Positions 10,588 to 20,459 of a DNA stretch of 64,000 nt are shown in pieces. Positions within the stretch are counted from its first letter, which is position 1, and every line of letters begins with the position of its first letter. The translations under genes were made by a program, and so were the position numbers. The notes under the pieces were generated by a model. That model was not told the origin of the DNA and searched no databases. It saw only the letters and a program-made list of their open reading frames with translations. Source of the DNA: Oceanispirochaeta sp. (GTDB lineage: Bacteria > Spirochaetota > Spirochaetia > DSM-2461). The stretch lies in assembly GCA_963663385.2 (NCBI GenBank), contig CAXXXD010000001.1:512001-576000 (forward strand), written 5' to 3'.

Positions 10588-11979
10588 ATGCATAAGCCTA
10601 ACATAATATTTTACTTCTCCGATCAGCAGAGAGCCGATACCTGCGGCTGCTATGGTCAGGAGCTGGAAATCACCCCCAATCTGGACCGCTTTGCCGACGA
10701 GGGGATACGATTCGAACATGCCTTTACAGCCCAGCCTGTCTGCGGCCCCTGCCGCGCTCTTTTTCAAACGGGGCTTTATCCCACCTCTACAGGCTGTTTC
10801 CGGAATAATGTGGCCCTTCCTCTCGATGCGAAAACTCTGGGTCACTATTTTACCGATGCCGGCTATGAGACCGCCTATGTGGGTAAATGGCATCTTGCTT
10901 CAGACGGAGATCTGGAATCAAAGCCAACGGTAGATTATCACCACTCCGCCATCCCTCCCGAACGGCGGGGCGGATACACCGGTTACTGGCGTGTGTCGGA
11001 TGTCCTGGAATTCACCTCCAACGGATACGGAGGCTACCTCTTTGATGAGAATATGGAACGTCACGAGTTTTCGGGCTATAGAGTGGACTGCATCACCAGC
11101 TACGCCCTGGATTTTCTGAAAGGAAGAGCAAAGGACAAACCCTTCTTTCTGACAGTATCCCATATTGAGCCTCATCACCAGAATGATGCCGGACACTACC
11201 AGGGTCCTGAAGGTTCTAAGGAAAAGTTCAAAAACTATAAAGCGCCCGGAGATCTTCAGGGTCTGGAGGGAGATTATCAGGAAGAATACCCTGACTACCT
11301 GGGAGCCTGTGAAAGTGTGGACCGGAATTTCGGACGCATGATTAAATACCTGAAGGACGAAGGGATCTATGAGGACACGGTGATCATCTTCAGTTCCGAT
11401 CATGGTTCCCACTTTCGCACCCGCAACCAGGATGAGCATCTGTCCGGCTATGATGACTATAAACGGACCGGCCACGACTCGGCTCTCCGGGTTCCTCTGG
11501 TCATCAGAGGCGGAGCTTTTAAGGGCGGAAAGGTCGTTCGGGATCTGGTCAGTACGGCGGGCATACCCAAAACTCTTCTCTCCATAGCAGGGATACCGGA
11601 AGACGATAACAGGCCCATGGTGGGAGAAGATCTTCAGGAAGTAGCCGAAGGTCGTATCCCTGACAGGAAGAACGAAGTCTTCGCACAGATCTCAGAAAGC
11701 CGGGTGGGAAGGGTAATCCGAACCCCCGAATACACTTACGGTGTCTATGCCCCCGGAAAACATGGCGGAAAGGAGCAGAAGAGCGATGAATATGCCGATG
11801 ACTACCTCTATAATCTGAAGGCTGATCCGCACCAGAAGAAGAACCTTGCTGCGGATCCGGACTACCGGGAGGCAAAGGCAGAACTGAGAGAACGCCTTTT
11901 AAACTGGATCGCAGAGACCGAATACGGCGGAGACAGAACGCAGGTCAGAATCATAGATGATATTTCCGTCAGGAGCTGA
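10588..11979 (+). CDS. Cys-type (formylglycine) sulfatase
   Basis: PNIIFYFSDQQR, VCGPCRALFQTG (CxPxR), YVGKWHL and SDHG motifs; no signal peptide. Confidence 0.9.
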   Translation: MHKPNIIFYFSDQQRADTCGCYGQELEITPNLDRFADEGIRFEHAFTAQPVCGPCRALFQTGLYPTSTGCFRNNVALPLDAKTLGHYFTDAGYETAYVGKWHLASDGDLESKPTVDYHHSAIPPERRGGYTGYWRVSDVLEFTSNGYGGYLFDENMERHEFSGYRVDCITSYALDFLKGRAKDKPFFLTVSHIEPHHQNDAGHYQGPEGSKEKFKNYKAPGDLQGLEGDYQEEYPDYLGACESVDRNFGRMIKYLKDEGIYEDTVIIFSSDHGSHFRTRNQDEHLSGYDDYKRTGHDSALRVPLVIRGGAFKGGKVVRDLVSTAGIPKTLLSIAGIPEDDNRPMVGEDLQEVAEGRIPDRKNEVFAQISESRVGRVIRTPEYTYGVYAPGKHGGKEQKSDEYADDYLYNLKADPHQKKNLAADPDYREAKAELRERLLNWIAETEYGGDRTQVRIIDDISVRS

Positions 11980-11991
11980 CGTTGATTCCGG

Positions 11992-12021
11992 CCCCATATT
12001 ACCCGGCCTGGTTATATGGGG
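11992..12021 (+). terminator. Hairpin after the sulfatase gene
   Basis: CCCCATAT...ATATGGGG inverted repeat; no clear U-tract. Confidence 0.35.
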
Positions 12022-12117
12022 GCGGAGTTGAAGCTCCCCGAAGCAGGACCAAAGGCGCAAATGATCGGATTTGACATATGCTCCATTCCCCTGTAGCTTT
12101 GTAGTAAGGATCAGAAC

Positions 12118-13257
12118 TTGGCTGAAGTTGATGAATTGAAAGAGTTTCTCCCCCCACAGAAAAAATACCTCAAAGTTTACGAGTATCTGCTGGTCTATAT
12201 TGATCAGAATAAATTCTCAGAGAACAACAAGCTTCCCTCAGAGAATTTTCTCTGCCGAAAATTTTCAGTCAGCAGAGAGACCGTCCGCAATGCCGTAAGG
12301 CTCCTGAATGAGGAAGGACGGATTTCCTCGGTCAGGGGAAGCGGAAGCTATTTTGACAGGAACTTCGCCCTCAAGAAAAAGATGCAACATGACATAAGCA
12401 AAACACGCATAGGTTTTATAACACAGGGGCATGACTACAACACAAGTTCCAATCTGGCCAGGGGGATAAAGCATGCTTTGAATAAAGAGACAGTGGATTT
12501 GAAGATCTTTATGACAGATAACAAACTGAGCAACGAAAGGCTTTGCCTTGAATCCTGCTCCACCGGTTTCGACGGCCTGATCATAGACGGGGTAAAGGCC
12601 AGTATAATGAATCCCAACCTCGACTGTTATCAGAAGATAGACCGTCACGAAACCCGTCTTCTATTCTTCAATAACTACTATATGGGAACCTCCTATCCCC
12701 GGGTCATCATAGATGATGCTCTCTGTGCGGATGAACTTGTTCGCAGACTGACTGAAAAGGGTCATCGGCATATTGCCGGGATTTTCATGTACGATAACTA
12801 TCAGGGGCAGGAAAAGTATAACGGATTTATGAGATCCCTTTTAAAATACGGTGCGGTATTCAAGGATGAATATGTAAAGTGGTGTATTTCCGATGAAAGT
12901 TACGGAAAAAAGGCCTTTCCCCGCAGCCTCTGGAAGTTCATACATAATCTTCCCAAGGTTACAGCCGTGGTGTGCTGTAACTATATGATTCTCAAAATGA
13001 TTCAGGAGGTTTTCAGGGAAAGGAGTATTCGGGTACCGGAGGACTACTCGATTGTCTGTTTTGACTACTCAAGCACGGACTGGCAGAAAAGCCGGATCAC
13101 TGCTTCTGTCCATCCGGGCTTCGATATGGGGGTAAAAGTGGGACAGACTATTCTGCAAATGGTAGAGGACCCCGATTTCAGGAAGAGGGATTACTCCTAT
13201 ACGTTTCAACCGCGGATTCATGAAGGGTGTTCCATTATAGATATTGGTAAATATTAA
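12118..13257 (+). CDS. GntR-HTH/LacI-sensor transcriptional regulator
   Basis: KLPSENFLCRKFSVSRETVRNA HTH; VPEDYSIVCFD LacI-type domain; upstream TTGACA-17-TAGCTT at 12071-12099. Confidence 0.9.
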   Translation: MAEVDELKEFLPPQKKYLKVYEYLLVYIDQNKFSENNKLPSENFLCRKFSVSRETVRNAVRLLNEEGRISSVRGSGSYFDRNFALKKKMQHDISKTRIGFITQGHDYNTSSNLARGIKHALNKETVDLKIFMTDNKLSNERLCLESCSTGFDGLIIDGVKASIMNPNLDCYQKIDRHETRLLFFNNYYMGTSYPRVIIDDALCADELVRRLTEKGHRHIAGIFMYDNYQGQEKYNGFMRSLLKYGAVFKDEYVKWCISDESYGKKAFPRSLWKFIHNLPKVTAVVCCNYMILKMIQEVFRERSIRVPEDYSIVCFDYSSTDWQKSRITASVHPGFDMGVKVGQTILQMVEDPDFRKRDYSYTFQPRIHEGCSIIDIGKY

Positions 13258-13349
13258 AACAATTAGTATTCTAATAAAATACATGAGTATAAAATCTTTA
13301 CTTCCTTTTGCCTGGCCAATATGATAGAAATTATCAACCATGTTAGCTA

Positions 13350-13377
13350 TTGACATTTGTTTTGTGCACGATATAAT
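13350..13377 (+). promoter_or_regulatory. Consensus sigma70 promoter of rpsU
   Basis: TTGACA-16 nt-TATAAT, followed by an AAGGAG RBS. Confidence 0.75.
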
Positions 13378-13405
13378 TTCTACATTGTAAAGTAAGGAGT
13401 ATTTT

Positions 13406-13615
13406 TTGGCACATATAGAAATTTATGATGATGAACCTCTTGAAAAAGCACTTAAAAGGTTTAAGAGAAAAGTTGAAAAAGAAGGTATCATTAGGGAATT
13501 TAAAAAAAGACAGTATTATCAGAAACCCTCAGCCAAACGCCATGAACAGGAGAAGTCAAGGCAAAGGAAAGAGTTAAAAAAGCTTAGAAAGCTTGACCGG
13601 CGTAAGTTGTATTAA
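13406..13615 (+). CDS. rpsU: 30S ribosomal protein S21
   Basis: EPLEKALKRFKRKVEKEGIIREFKKRQYYQKPS; TTG start. Confidence 0.97.
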   Translation: MAHIEIYDDEPLEKALKRFKRKVEKEGIIREFKKRQYYQKPSAKRHEQEKSRQRKELKKLRKLDRRKLY

Positions 13616-13826
13616 GAATAATATTGGTTAAGTATCTCATCTTTTGCCAGTTTGGGGCTGTCTTGTGAGCTGTTGGGTAGACAGCCCTAATGTGTGTCAT
13701 TATTTCTTGTTGACATCAATTCCAGGTGTTTTTCTCCATTTCACCTGCTTATTCTGAAACAAACTGTCAACAGCGGTGAAAAAGTTCCTCATTTCAACGG
13801 TTTAAAAGTTCCGCTTCTGGGTAAAA

Positions 13827-14591
13827 TTAAACAGGATCAACGATCCCTATTTTCAACCGGTCTTTCATCCGGTATGAATCCCCTTTAAGACTCAGGACAT
13901 GTGCATGGTGAAGGAGCCTGTCTATAGTCGCTGTCGCAATGGCTTCATCATCCAGAATCTCAGCCCAACGACCGAAAGACTTGTTTGTGGTGATGATCAT
14001 ACTGCCTTGTTCATAGCGGGTGTTTACAATCTGAAAAAACAAGTTGGCCTGTTCTTTCGTCAGGTTCTCGTAGCCAACTTCATCGATAAGGATGAGATGA
14101 GGCTTTCTAAGCCAGGTAAGCCGTCGCTTCAACCGCCCCTGCTCCCGGGCATGGGTCAGATTCTCCATCAGATCGATGCAGCTTGTATACCATACAGTAT
14201 AACCATTCTGACAGGCTTTATGAGCCAGAGCTAGCATCAAATGGGTTTTACCCAATCCACTTGGCCCCATCAGTACTAGATTTTCCTTTCTTTCAATGAA
14301 AGCCAGACTAGAAAACTCTGCCAGTTGAGCAGCGGTCAATCCTCCCTTCAACCAGGATAGGTCGAAGTCCTCTAATAGCTTGATCGATGGCATTCCAGAG
14401 AGCTTCAGACGGCTTTTTGCAGCTCTCTCCTTACGGGGAACGTACTCCAGTTCCAATAGGTCTGCAATTGACTGAGAGAGAGTGTTTTCTGTGTGAGATT
14501 GAGCTTCAAGGAAGCTCTCCAACCCCGCCGCCATAAACTCCAGCCCTAAGTCGTTCATCCTGATCTCTATGGTCTCCTGCAGTACATTCAT
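13827..14591 (-). CDS. istB: IS21 helper ATPase IstB
   Basis: Walker A GPSGLGKT, LILIDEVGY and IDRLLHH motifs; ATGA overlap with istA. Confidence 0.95.
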   Translation of the reverse strand: MNVLQETIEIRMNDLGLEFMAAGLESFLEAQSHTENTLSQSIADLLELEYVPRKERAAKSRLKLSGMPSIKLLEDFDLSWLKGGLTAAQLAEFSSLAFIERKENLVLMGPSGLGKTHLMLALAHKACQNGYTVWYTSCIDLMENLTHAREQGRLKRRLTWLRKPHLILIDEVGYENLTKEQANLFFQIVNTRYEQGSMIITTNKSFGRWAEILDDEAIATATIDRLLHHAHVLSLKGDSYRMKDRLKIGIVDPV

Positions 14592-15871
14592 GCTGTTACC
14601 CCCATAAGCTTGTCGTAGCTTTCAGGATGGCGTGTATCAACCTCTGTATGCATCAATGATGACCTGGGAGTATTCTTTATTTCCGGGACACTGGCAACGA
14701 CATTCCTTTTTGTCATGCGATTCTCTTTCTTCCAGCGTTTAACCAGTGAGTCGGTATCAATCTTTCGGATAGATTCTAATTTCGCACCTTTTGTCAGAAG
14801 CTTGAAGGTTCTAACAGGGGCCCCATCAATGAAGATAGCGGCAGTTCTTGCCAGCGTATCTACTTTCAGTGTCGCAACTTGTCCTATGAAGTCCGCGGGA
14901 ATGCTGTACTTGTTTGATTCAAAACGAATAAACCCTTCTCTGGAGACAAGCAGTTCTTTAACCAGCCTTACATCTGGAGCTGCCTCAGGGTTCCAAGGGT
15001 TCATAAACTGCCTTTCGTACTCAAATCTCTCTTTTCGAGTCTGTTTAAATTGGCTCATCTGCTGTTCCACTACTGTTTTGATCCATTTGGAGACAGTCAG
15101 GTTTAAATCGTTTATTGAGCGGCTCTTCATTGCTTCTTCACGGATCAAGAAGTTGTGGCCCAGGTAACCGATAAAACGCTCTACCTTTCCCTTAGTTTGC
15201 GGTCTACGAACTTGGCAGCGAAGAGGAGTGAAACCACAGGCTGAAGCAAAGGCCAGGAGCTTTGAGTTCACGTGCCAGACACCGCCGTTGTTGTACCAGG
15301 CTGTTCTCATGTTGTCGTAAAGAATTTCCTTCGGAACAGCACCGAAGAACCGGAATGCCATCAGATGGGCTTGGAGCAATGTCGGCGAGGTCATATCCAA
15401 GGAGAAAAGGACAAACGGGATCCTACTATATCCCAGCAGCATGACAAATGCATATACTTTCTGAAGTTTGCCATCAATCTCCATTTTTCCGCATTCTTTC
15501 CAGTCAACTTGGGCCTGTCTTCCCGGCTCTGTTTCAAAGCGGATTACTGCTTTCTCAATCAGTTTCTTCCTGTACTTCCGGGCATAGTCACGTAGGATTG
15601 TCATTTTTCCAGAATAACCGGAGTTTTGTAGTCTCTCATGAAGATAAACGAGGTTGAAGTATGGATCATTTTCCAAGGTATCTTCTATTATGGGGTAGAA
15701 TGGTTTAAGGATGCTTTCCCGGGATTTCCTGGGACGGGTTCTGAAGTCCGGATTCAGGTATTTCCTTACCATCCGGTCGCTGACACCAAGATACTCAGCG
15801 ATATACTTTTGAGTATGGCCTTCGTTGGCCATGATGCGTGCTACATGCATGCGATCTTCCTTTTGACACAT
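14588..15871 (-). CDS. istA: IS21 transposase IstA
   Basis: N-terminal HTH; RFETEPGRQAQVDW, ILYDNM and PQTKGKVER motifs (DDE). Confidence 0.95.
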   Translation of the reverse strand: MCQKEDRMHVARIMANEGHTQKYIAEYLGVSDRMVRKYLNPDFRTRPRKSRESILKPFYPIIEDTLENDPYFNLVYLHERLQNSGYSGKMTILRDYARKYRKKLIEKAVIRFETEPGRQAQVDWKECGKMEIDGKLQKVYAFVMLLGYSRIPFVLFSLDMTSPTLLQAHLMAFRFFGAVPKEILYDNMRTAWYNNGGVWHVNSKLLAFASACGFTPLRCQVRRPQTKGKVERFIGYLGHNFLIREEAMKSRSINDLNLTVSKWIKTVVEQQMSQFKQTRKERFEYERQFMNPWNPEAAPDVRLVKELLVSREGFIRFESNKYSIPADFIGQVATLKVDTLARTAAIFIDGAPVRTFKLLTKGAKLESIRKIDTDSLVKRWKKENRMTKRNVVASVPEIKNTPRSSLMHTEVDTRHPESYDKLMGVTA

Positions 15872-16169
15872 AGGGGCAGGTTCCTTTTGTAGTAGGTGTG
15901 GTAATCTCTACTTTAGGATATTTGCCCCTTTTTATGTCAGTAAAAGCGGAACTTTTTCGCCGCTGAATGTAGGAACTCTAGCACCGTTGCTCACACAAAC
16001 CTGTTTGAAGCGAAAATATACCTTTCGGGCTATCGGGTTTTTCTGTATCCGGGACTATCAGTGGATAGTTAAGAGGATGTGTATTTAAGGACATAAAATT
16101 CTTGAAAGATAACAAATCAAGTGTTATATTCTTCAATATGCGAAAAAATATTCGTGAAAAGAGCTTCTT

Positions 16170-16475
16170 GTGAAAGAGGAGAAATGGACATTCTTTACAA
16201 ACTACTCACATATTCTGTTCTATGTTTACACTCATCCTGAGCTTCCCATGAGGGAGATAGCCTTGAAGGTGGGGATAACGGAGAGAGCCGTACAGAATAT
16301 TATCAGGGATTTAATCCAGGCCGGTATTCTGTCCATTGAAAAAGTGGGAAGAAACAACCGGTACAACGTGAACAAGGATATCCCGTTACGCCACCCGATA
16401 GAATCTCACAGAAGTATTTCAGATTTGCTTGAATTCATAAATAACAGGAAAGGAGGGGCAGATGGCTCATCTTAA
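16170..16475 (+). CDS. Small winged-helix transcriptional regulator
   Basis: WTFFTNYSHIL and MREIALKVGITERAVQNII HTH. Confidence 0.85.
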   Translation: MKEEKWTFFTNYSHILFYVYTHPELPMREIALKVGITERAVQNIIRDLIQAGILSIEKVGRNNRYNVNKDIPLRHPIESHRSISDLLEFINNRKGGADGSS

Positions 16476-18300
16476 GAGAGAAATCAGTGCCTTTGGTGTT
16501 TTCAGTATAGCAGGAGGAGCCATGATCAGCTCCGGGATTTTTATCCTGCCCGGATTGGCTTATTCCATGGTGGGGCCGGGACTGTTTATCTCCTATCTTA
16601 TCGCCGGGTTTCTGGGATTAATCGGTATATTGAGCATGATTGAACTGGCTACAGCTATGCCCAAGGCCGGAGGGGATTATTACTATATCAATAAATCCTT
16701 CGGTCCCATGCTGGGGTCAGTATCAGGCTTTCTGGGATGGTTCGCCCTATCGCTGAAGAGCGCTTTCGCTATCTTCGGTATAACGGAAATCCTGTACCTG
16801 TCAACAGGTTTTCCGCCTCTGTTAAGCGGGGTTATCCTCTGTATCCTGTTTGTTGTTCTTAACATTATAGGTGCGAAAGAAGCCGCCGTATTTCAGATAG
16901 GCATGGTTCTTATGCTGCTGGGGTTGATGATCTTATACATTATAACGGGTCTTCCTCACCTGAACAGAGCGTATTTCGATCTGTCTCAGGGGGGCGATTT
17001 TAATACCCTTTTTATAACATCAGGTTTTATCTTCATTTCCTTTGGAGGATTGCTGAAGGTTGCCAATATTTCAGAAGAGGTGAAAAATCCTAAAAGGAAT
17101 CTCCCCCTGGGTATGATAAGCGCTATTATAGTTGTGACGGTTCTCTATGTTCTCATGATTATCGTTATGACTGGAACGCTGTCTCCCGAACTGTTTAAAA
17201 CCAGTACGACACCTGTAGCGGACTCGGCCAGGATTACTTTGGGGAACCCCGGTTACCTGATTATCCTGGCGGCGTCCACTCTGGCTTTTTTTTCCACAGC
17301 CAATGCGGGAATTATGGCGGCTTCGCGCTATCCCCTGGCCTTGAGCGCAGACAAACTCATACCGCCTTTTATGGGACGCATCAGTTCCCGGACGAAAACC
17401 CCGGTGCCGGCTATCATTATTACAGGAATATTGATTTTTATCGCTCTGCGGCTTCCTCTTGAGAGTCTGGTTAAAGCAGCCTCCACCGTTATTCTAAGTT
17501 CCTATGTGTTAACGAATCTGTCAGTGATTATCTTCAGAGAGAGCAAACTGACTAATTACTCTCCCAGCTACAAAGCCCCTTTATATCCCTGGCTTCAGAT
17601 TTTTTCCGTTTTACTTTTTTCTTTTTTCATAGTTGATATGGGGCTTTCTGCCGTTGAAATCAGTATGTCTCTCTTACTGATCGGTTTCGGCTCTTATGTT
17701 TTCTACGGTAGACATCGTGCCGATAAAGAGTCGGCTTTGATCCACCTCATGAGGCGGATTGCGGATGATCAGCTGGTAAAGGAAAGTTTCGAAGACGACT
17801 TCAGGGAGATTATTATCGACAGGGATAATATCGAACAGGATAATTTTGATCATCTGCTGAAAAAAGCGAAGATTATTGATCTTGAGGGTCATTATGACTA
17901 TCCAACCATGCTTAAGATTGTAGTGAAGGATATAGCCGATGAAGCGGGGATGCCGAAAGAGGAGCTGATAAAGAGGTTTGAGGAAAAACAGAAACGGGAC
18001 AATACGGCGCTGACCCCCTTTCTGGCCGTACCGCATATCATTATTGACGGAAAGGAAAAAATGTTTATGACCGTCGTAAGGGCGAAGGAAGGTGTATGCT
18101 TTACAAAAGAGGAAGACTCGGTAAAGGCTATTTTCCTTATGGGCGGTTCCTCAGATGTCAGAATGCTTCATCTGAAGACGATTGCAGCTATTGCGTCTCT
18201 GGTCATTCAGCCGGATTTTGAAAAGAAATGGCTTGAGATAAAGAATCAGGTGAAGCTGAAAAACCTCCTCCTGATTAACGAAAGGAGAAGGTATTATTGA
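16462..18300 (+). CDS. APC-family amino-acid permease fused to a C-terminal PTS EIIA-like domain
   Basis: GAMISSGIF, ELATAMPKAGG and SEEVKNPKRNLP (APC); C-terminal LAVPHII and HLKTIAAIA (EIIA). Confidence 0.85.
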   Translation: MAHLKREISAFGVFSIAGGAMISSGIFILPGLAYSMVGPGLFISYLIAGFLGLIGILSMIELATAMPKAGGDYYYINKSFGPMLGSVSGFLGWFALSLKSAFAIFGITEILYLSTGFPPLLSGVILCILFVVLNIIGAKEAAVFQIGMVLMLLGLMILYIITGLPHLNRAYFDLSQGGDFNTLFITSGFIFISFGGLLKVANISEEVKNPKRNLPLGMISAIIVVTVLYVLMIIVMTGTLSPELFKTSTTPVADSARITLGNPGYLIILAASTLAFFSTANAGIMAASRYPLALSADKLIPPFMGRISSRTKTPVPAIIITGILIFIALRLPLESLVKAASTVILSSYVLTNLSVIIFRESKLTNYSPSYKAPLYPWLQIFSVLLFSFFIVDMGLSAVEISMSLLLIGFGSYVFYGRHRADKESALIHLMRRIADDQLVKESFEDDFREIIIDRDNIEQDNFDHLLKKAKIIDLEGHYDYPTMLKIVVKDIADEAGMPKEELIKRFEEKQKRDNTALTPFLAVPHIIIDGKEKMFMTVVRAKEGVCFTKEEDSVKAIFLMGGSSDVRMLHLKTIAAIASLVIQPDFEKKWLEIKNQVKLKNLLLINERRRYY

Positions 18301-18347
18301 TGATATTCTACTTGAATGGGATATAGGTTATCAGACAGAGGATAAAA

Positions 18348-18392
18348 AATCGGAACTCAGATTTTTCATTATGAATCATAGGAGTTCCGATT
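18348..18392. terminator. Hairpin between convergent genes
   Basis: 11-bp inverted repeat AATCGGAACTC...GAGTTCCGATT. Confidence 0.45.
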
Positions 18393-18415
18393 GGAGGTGG
18401 ACGTATGAACTTTTA

Positions 18416-19273
18416 TTACTGAGTAGATAATTCAGTATTTGTCCCGTTCTGAACTTTCGGGATATGACTGCTTATATTCGTCAGGGCATGCCCATTCTCC
18501 AGTAATGCTGTGGTGATATCCGGATTTGCTGCTTCCAGTCTCCCGACAGCTTTTTTAGCATCAAAAATATAATCCTTTTCTCCGCAAACATATGTCAGAG
18601 GGACTTTGAGGTTTTTCAGTTCCCTGTCAGTAAAAAGGGCCGGATTGTCCATCCGGTACCTGAAATGCCTGGTTAAAAGGACCTGGAATTGAACGACTTC
18701 TTCCGGAACCGGAGCTCCGTCAAACATAATAGACAATAATTTTCTTATTCCCTTTTCCCCCTGTATGGAATAGAAGATGGTTTTTATCAGGAATGATATT
18801 TTCGGCTTTACAATCCCGGTTGGAGCCAGAGCGATGACGCCGGCTGTTTTTTCCGGATAAGTCAGTGCATAGCGGATGACCGCCCACCCCCCAAGGGACA
18901 ACCCTCCCAGTAAAGGTTTATCCAGAGCCAGTCTATTAATGACTTCATCGAGCCATAGACTGAAAGTATCGCCTTTTGTATCAAATCTTACAGCTTCGCT
19001 TTTTCCCGGTTCTCCCGGAATATCTAAACTGTATACCCTGTAGCTCTGACTGAGTTTTTCCATATCTCCCATCCACGCCAGTGAATTGGATCCTGAACCA
19101 TGCAGCAACAGAAGGGGGGGATTTTTTTCCTCTCCTGCCGAAACAATGAATGTAGTGCCGTATTTTGTTTCTATGAAGAAATGCTCAACCAGGGGGAATT
19201 GCTCCAGCATGTTATTGTAAAACCGGAGAATGCAGTCTTTTCCCTTTTCTGTTCTGAAAATCTCTTTGTTCAT
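18416..19273 (-). CDS. Alpha/beta hydrolase
   Basis: LLLHGSG, GLSLGG nucleophile elbow, GEKD and NGH. Confidence 0.9.
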   Translation of the reverse strand: MNKEIFRTEKGKDCILRFYNNMLEQFPLVEHFFIETKYGTTFIVSAGEEKNPPLLLLHGSGSNSLAWMGDMEKLSQSYRVYSLDIPGEPGKSEAVRFDTKGDTFSLWLDEVINRLALDKPLLGGLSLGGWAVIRYALTYPEKTAGVIALAPTGIVKPKISFLIKTIFYSIQGEKGIRKLLSIMFDGAPVPEEVVQFQVLLTRHFRYRMDNPALFTDRELKNLKVPLTYVCGEKDYIFDAKKAVGRLEAANPDITTALLENGHALTNISSHIPKVQNGTNTELSTQ

Positions 19274-19332
19274 ATTTCTCTCCTATAAAAAGTCAATCAT
19301 AAGCCTATTAACAAGCTTACAATTGAACCGGA

Positions 19333-20445
19333 TTACCCAGTTTTTACGGCATTGAATGCAGCCGCCTGCATCTTCAAGTACTTATCATCCGGAACCATCT
19401 TCAACGGATCAAAGGGTTCACGGGTTTTCAATATGGAGTACACTACCGTACTCATCTTTCTTGCAGAGGCGATAATACTCGTGCCGCTGCCCTTGTTCTT
19501 CTTCATCGCTCTGTACTTCGTCATGATACGGTAATTGCCAGTCGTTTTCCGAGTTCTAACCATTCCCATAACACACTGAACAAATGCCGTTCTCAGTTCT
19601 ACAGCCCCTCTCTTTGTTATATGCCCATGATGAATCGTCTCATTGGAGTTCTGCACCCATGGTACAAGACCGGCATAAGCCGAATACTTCTTGGCACTGG
19701 CGTACCGCTTGATATCATCCGTATAGGCCCTAATAGTCGATGCCGTTATCAATCCGACTCCCGGGATCGTCTGCAATAACTGTACATCCTCATCTTCCTT
19801 TACAAGTTCCAGCAGGACTTTCTCTAACTGCTTGACCTGGTTCGAAACCTGATCTATCGTAGAAAGCAGCGGTTCTATCGCTTTGGCAGCGCTTCCGAAA
19901 CTCCTATGGTCCACGAGACCGATGAGGATGCGCTGCCTTTCTTTTTTACTCTGCAGCGCAGCTCTTTTTGTTTCAATTCCATACCCTAGAAGCAGTCCGT
20001 GAACCTGATTCTTCAAAGATACGACTGATTTAACAAGGATAGTTCTGGATTTAAGAACTCTACGGATATCCTCACTCTCCTGAGAACAAAGCTGTGATTC
20101 GGGAAGCATATCTTTTTCCAAGAACTCTGCTAGAGTTCTGGCATCATGCTTATCCGTCTTTTTCACTGATTCATTTACAACTTTGAATTTCAGTGTATTC
20201 ACAACCACCACCTCAATCCCTGCTAGCAATAGCTTGTTACGGAAGAACCGGGCATTTCCTGTTGATTCCACTGCAGCCCTAACATCAAGGCCCTCTTCTG
20301 TATAGGACACTGCTTTCTCAAGAAATGCTCTGTAACCGTCCTCAGAGGTCGGATACATTCCTGATTCACAAATGCTTCTATCATCACTCAGGAAACAGAC
20401 TGTTAACTGGGATTTGTGCAGATCCACTCCGATACTCATCTTCAT
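19333..20445 (-). CDS. IS110-family DEDD recombinase/transposase
   Basis: IGVDLHK, AVEST and KTDKHDA (DEDD); LQTIPGVG and YAGLVPWVQNS (Tnp domain Ser). AGGAG RBS supports a start at 20445 rather than 20547. Confidence 0.95.
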   Translation of the reverse strand: MKMSIGVDLHKSQLTVCFLSDDRSICESGMYPTSEDGYRAFLEKAVSYTEEGLDVRAAVESTGNARFFRNKLLLAGIEVVVVNTLKFKVVNESVKKTDKHDARTLAEFLEKDMLPESQLCSQESEDIRRVLKSRTILVKSVVSLKNQVHGLLLGYGIETKRAALQSKKERQRILIGLVDHRSFGSAAKAIEPLLSTIDQVSNQVKQLEKVLLELVKEDEDVQLLQTIPGVGLITASTIRAYTDDIKRYASAKKYSAYAGLVPWVQNSNETIHHGHITKRGAVELRTAFVQCVMGMVRTRKTTGNYRIMTKYRAMKKNKGSGTSIIASARKMSTVVYSILKTREPFDPLKMVPDDKYLKMQAAAFNAVKTG

Positions 20446-20459
20446 ACCTTCGCTCCTAT

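Larger units (their letters stand above)
13765..15995 (-). mobile_element. Complete IS21-family insertion sequence (2231 bp)
   Basis: Ends read TGTCAACAGCGGTGAAAAAGTTCCT and (reverse complement) TGTGAGCAACGGTGCTAGAGTTCCT, each with a second internal AAAGTTCC repeat. Flanked by the 5-bp direct repeat CAAAC (13760-13764, 15996-16000). Contains istA and istB. Confidence 0.93.

Noticed and set aside
9046..10893. 615-aa antisense ORF
   Set aside because: It is a shadow of tctA and the sulfatase, with no recognisable motifs.
13694..13888. 64-aa ORF after rpsU
   Set aside because: It spans the IS21 junction and is a chance chimera.
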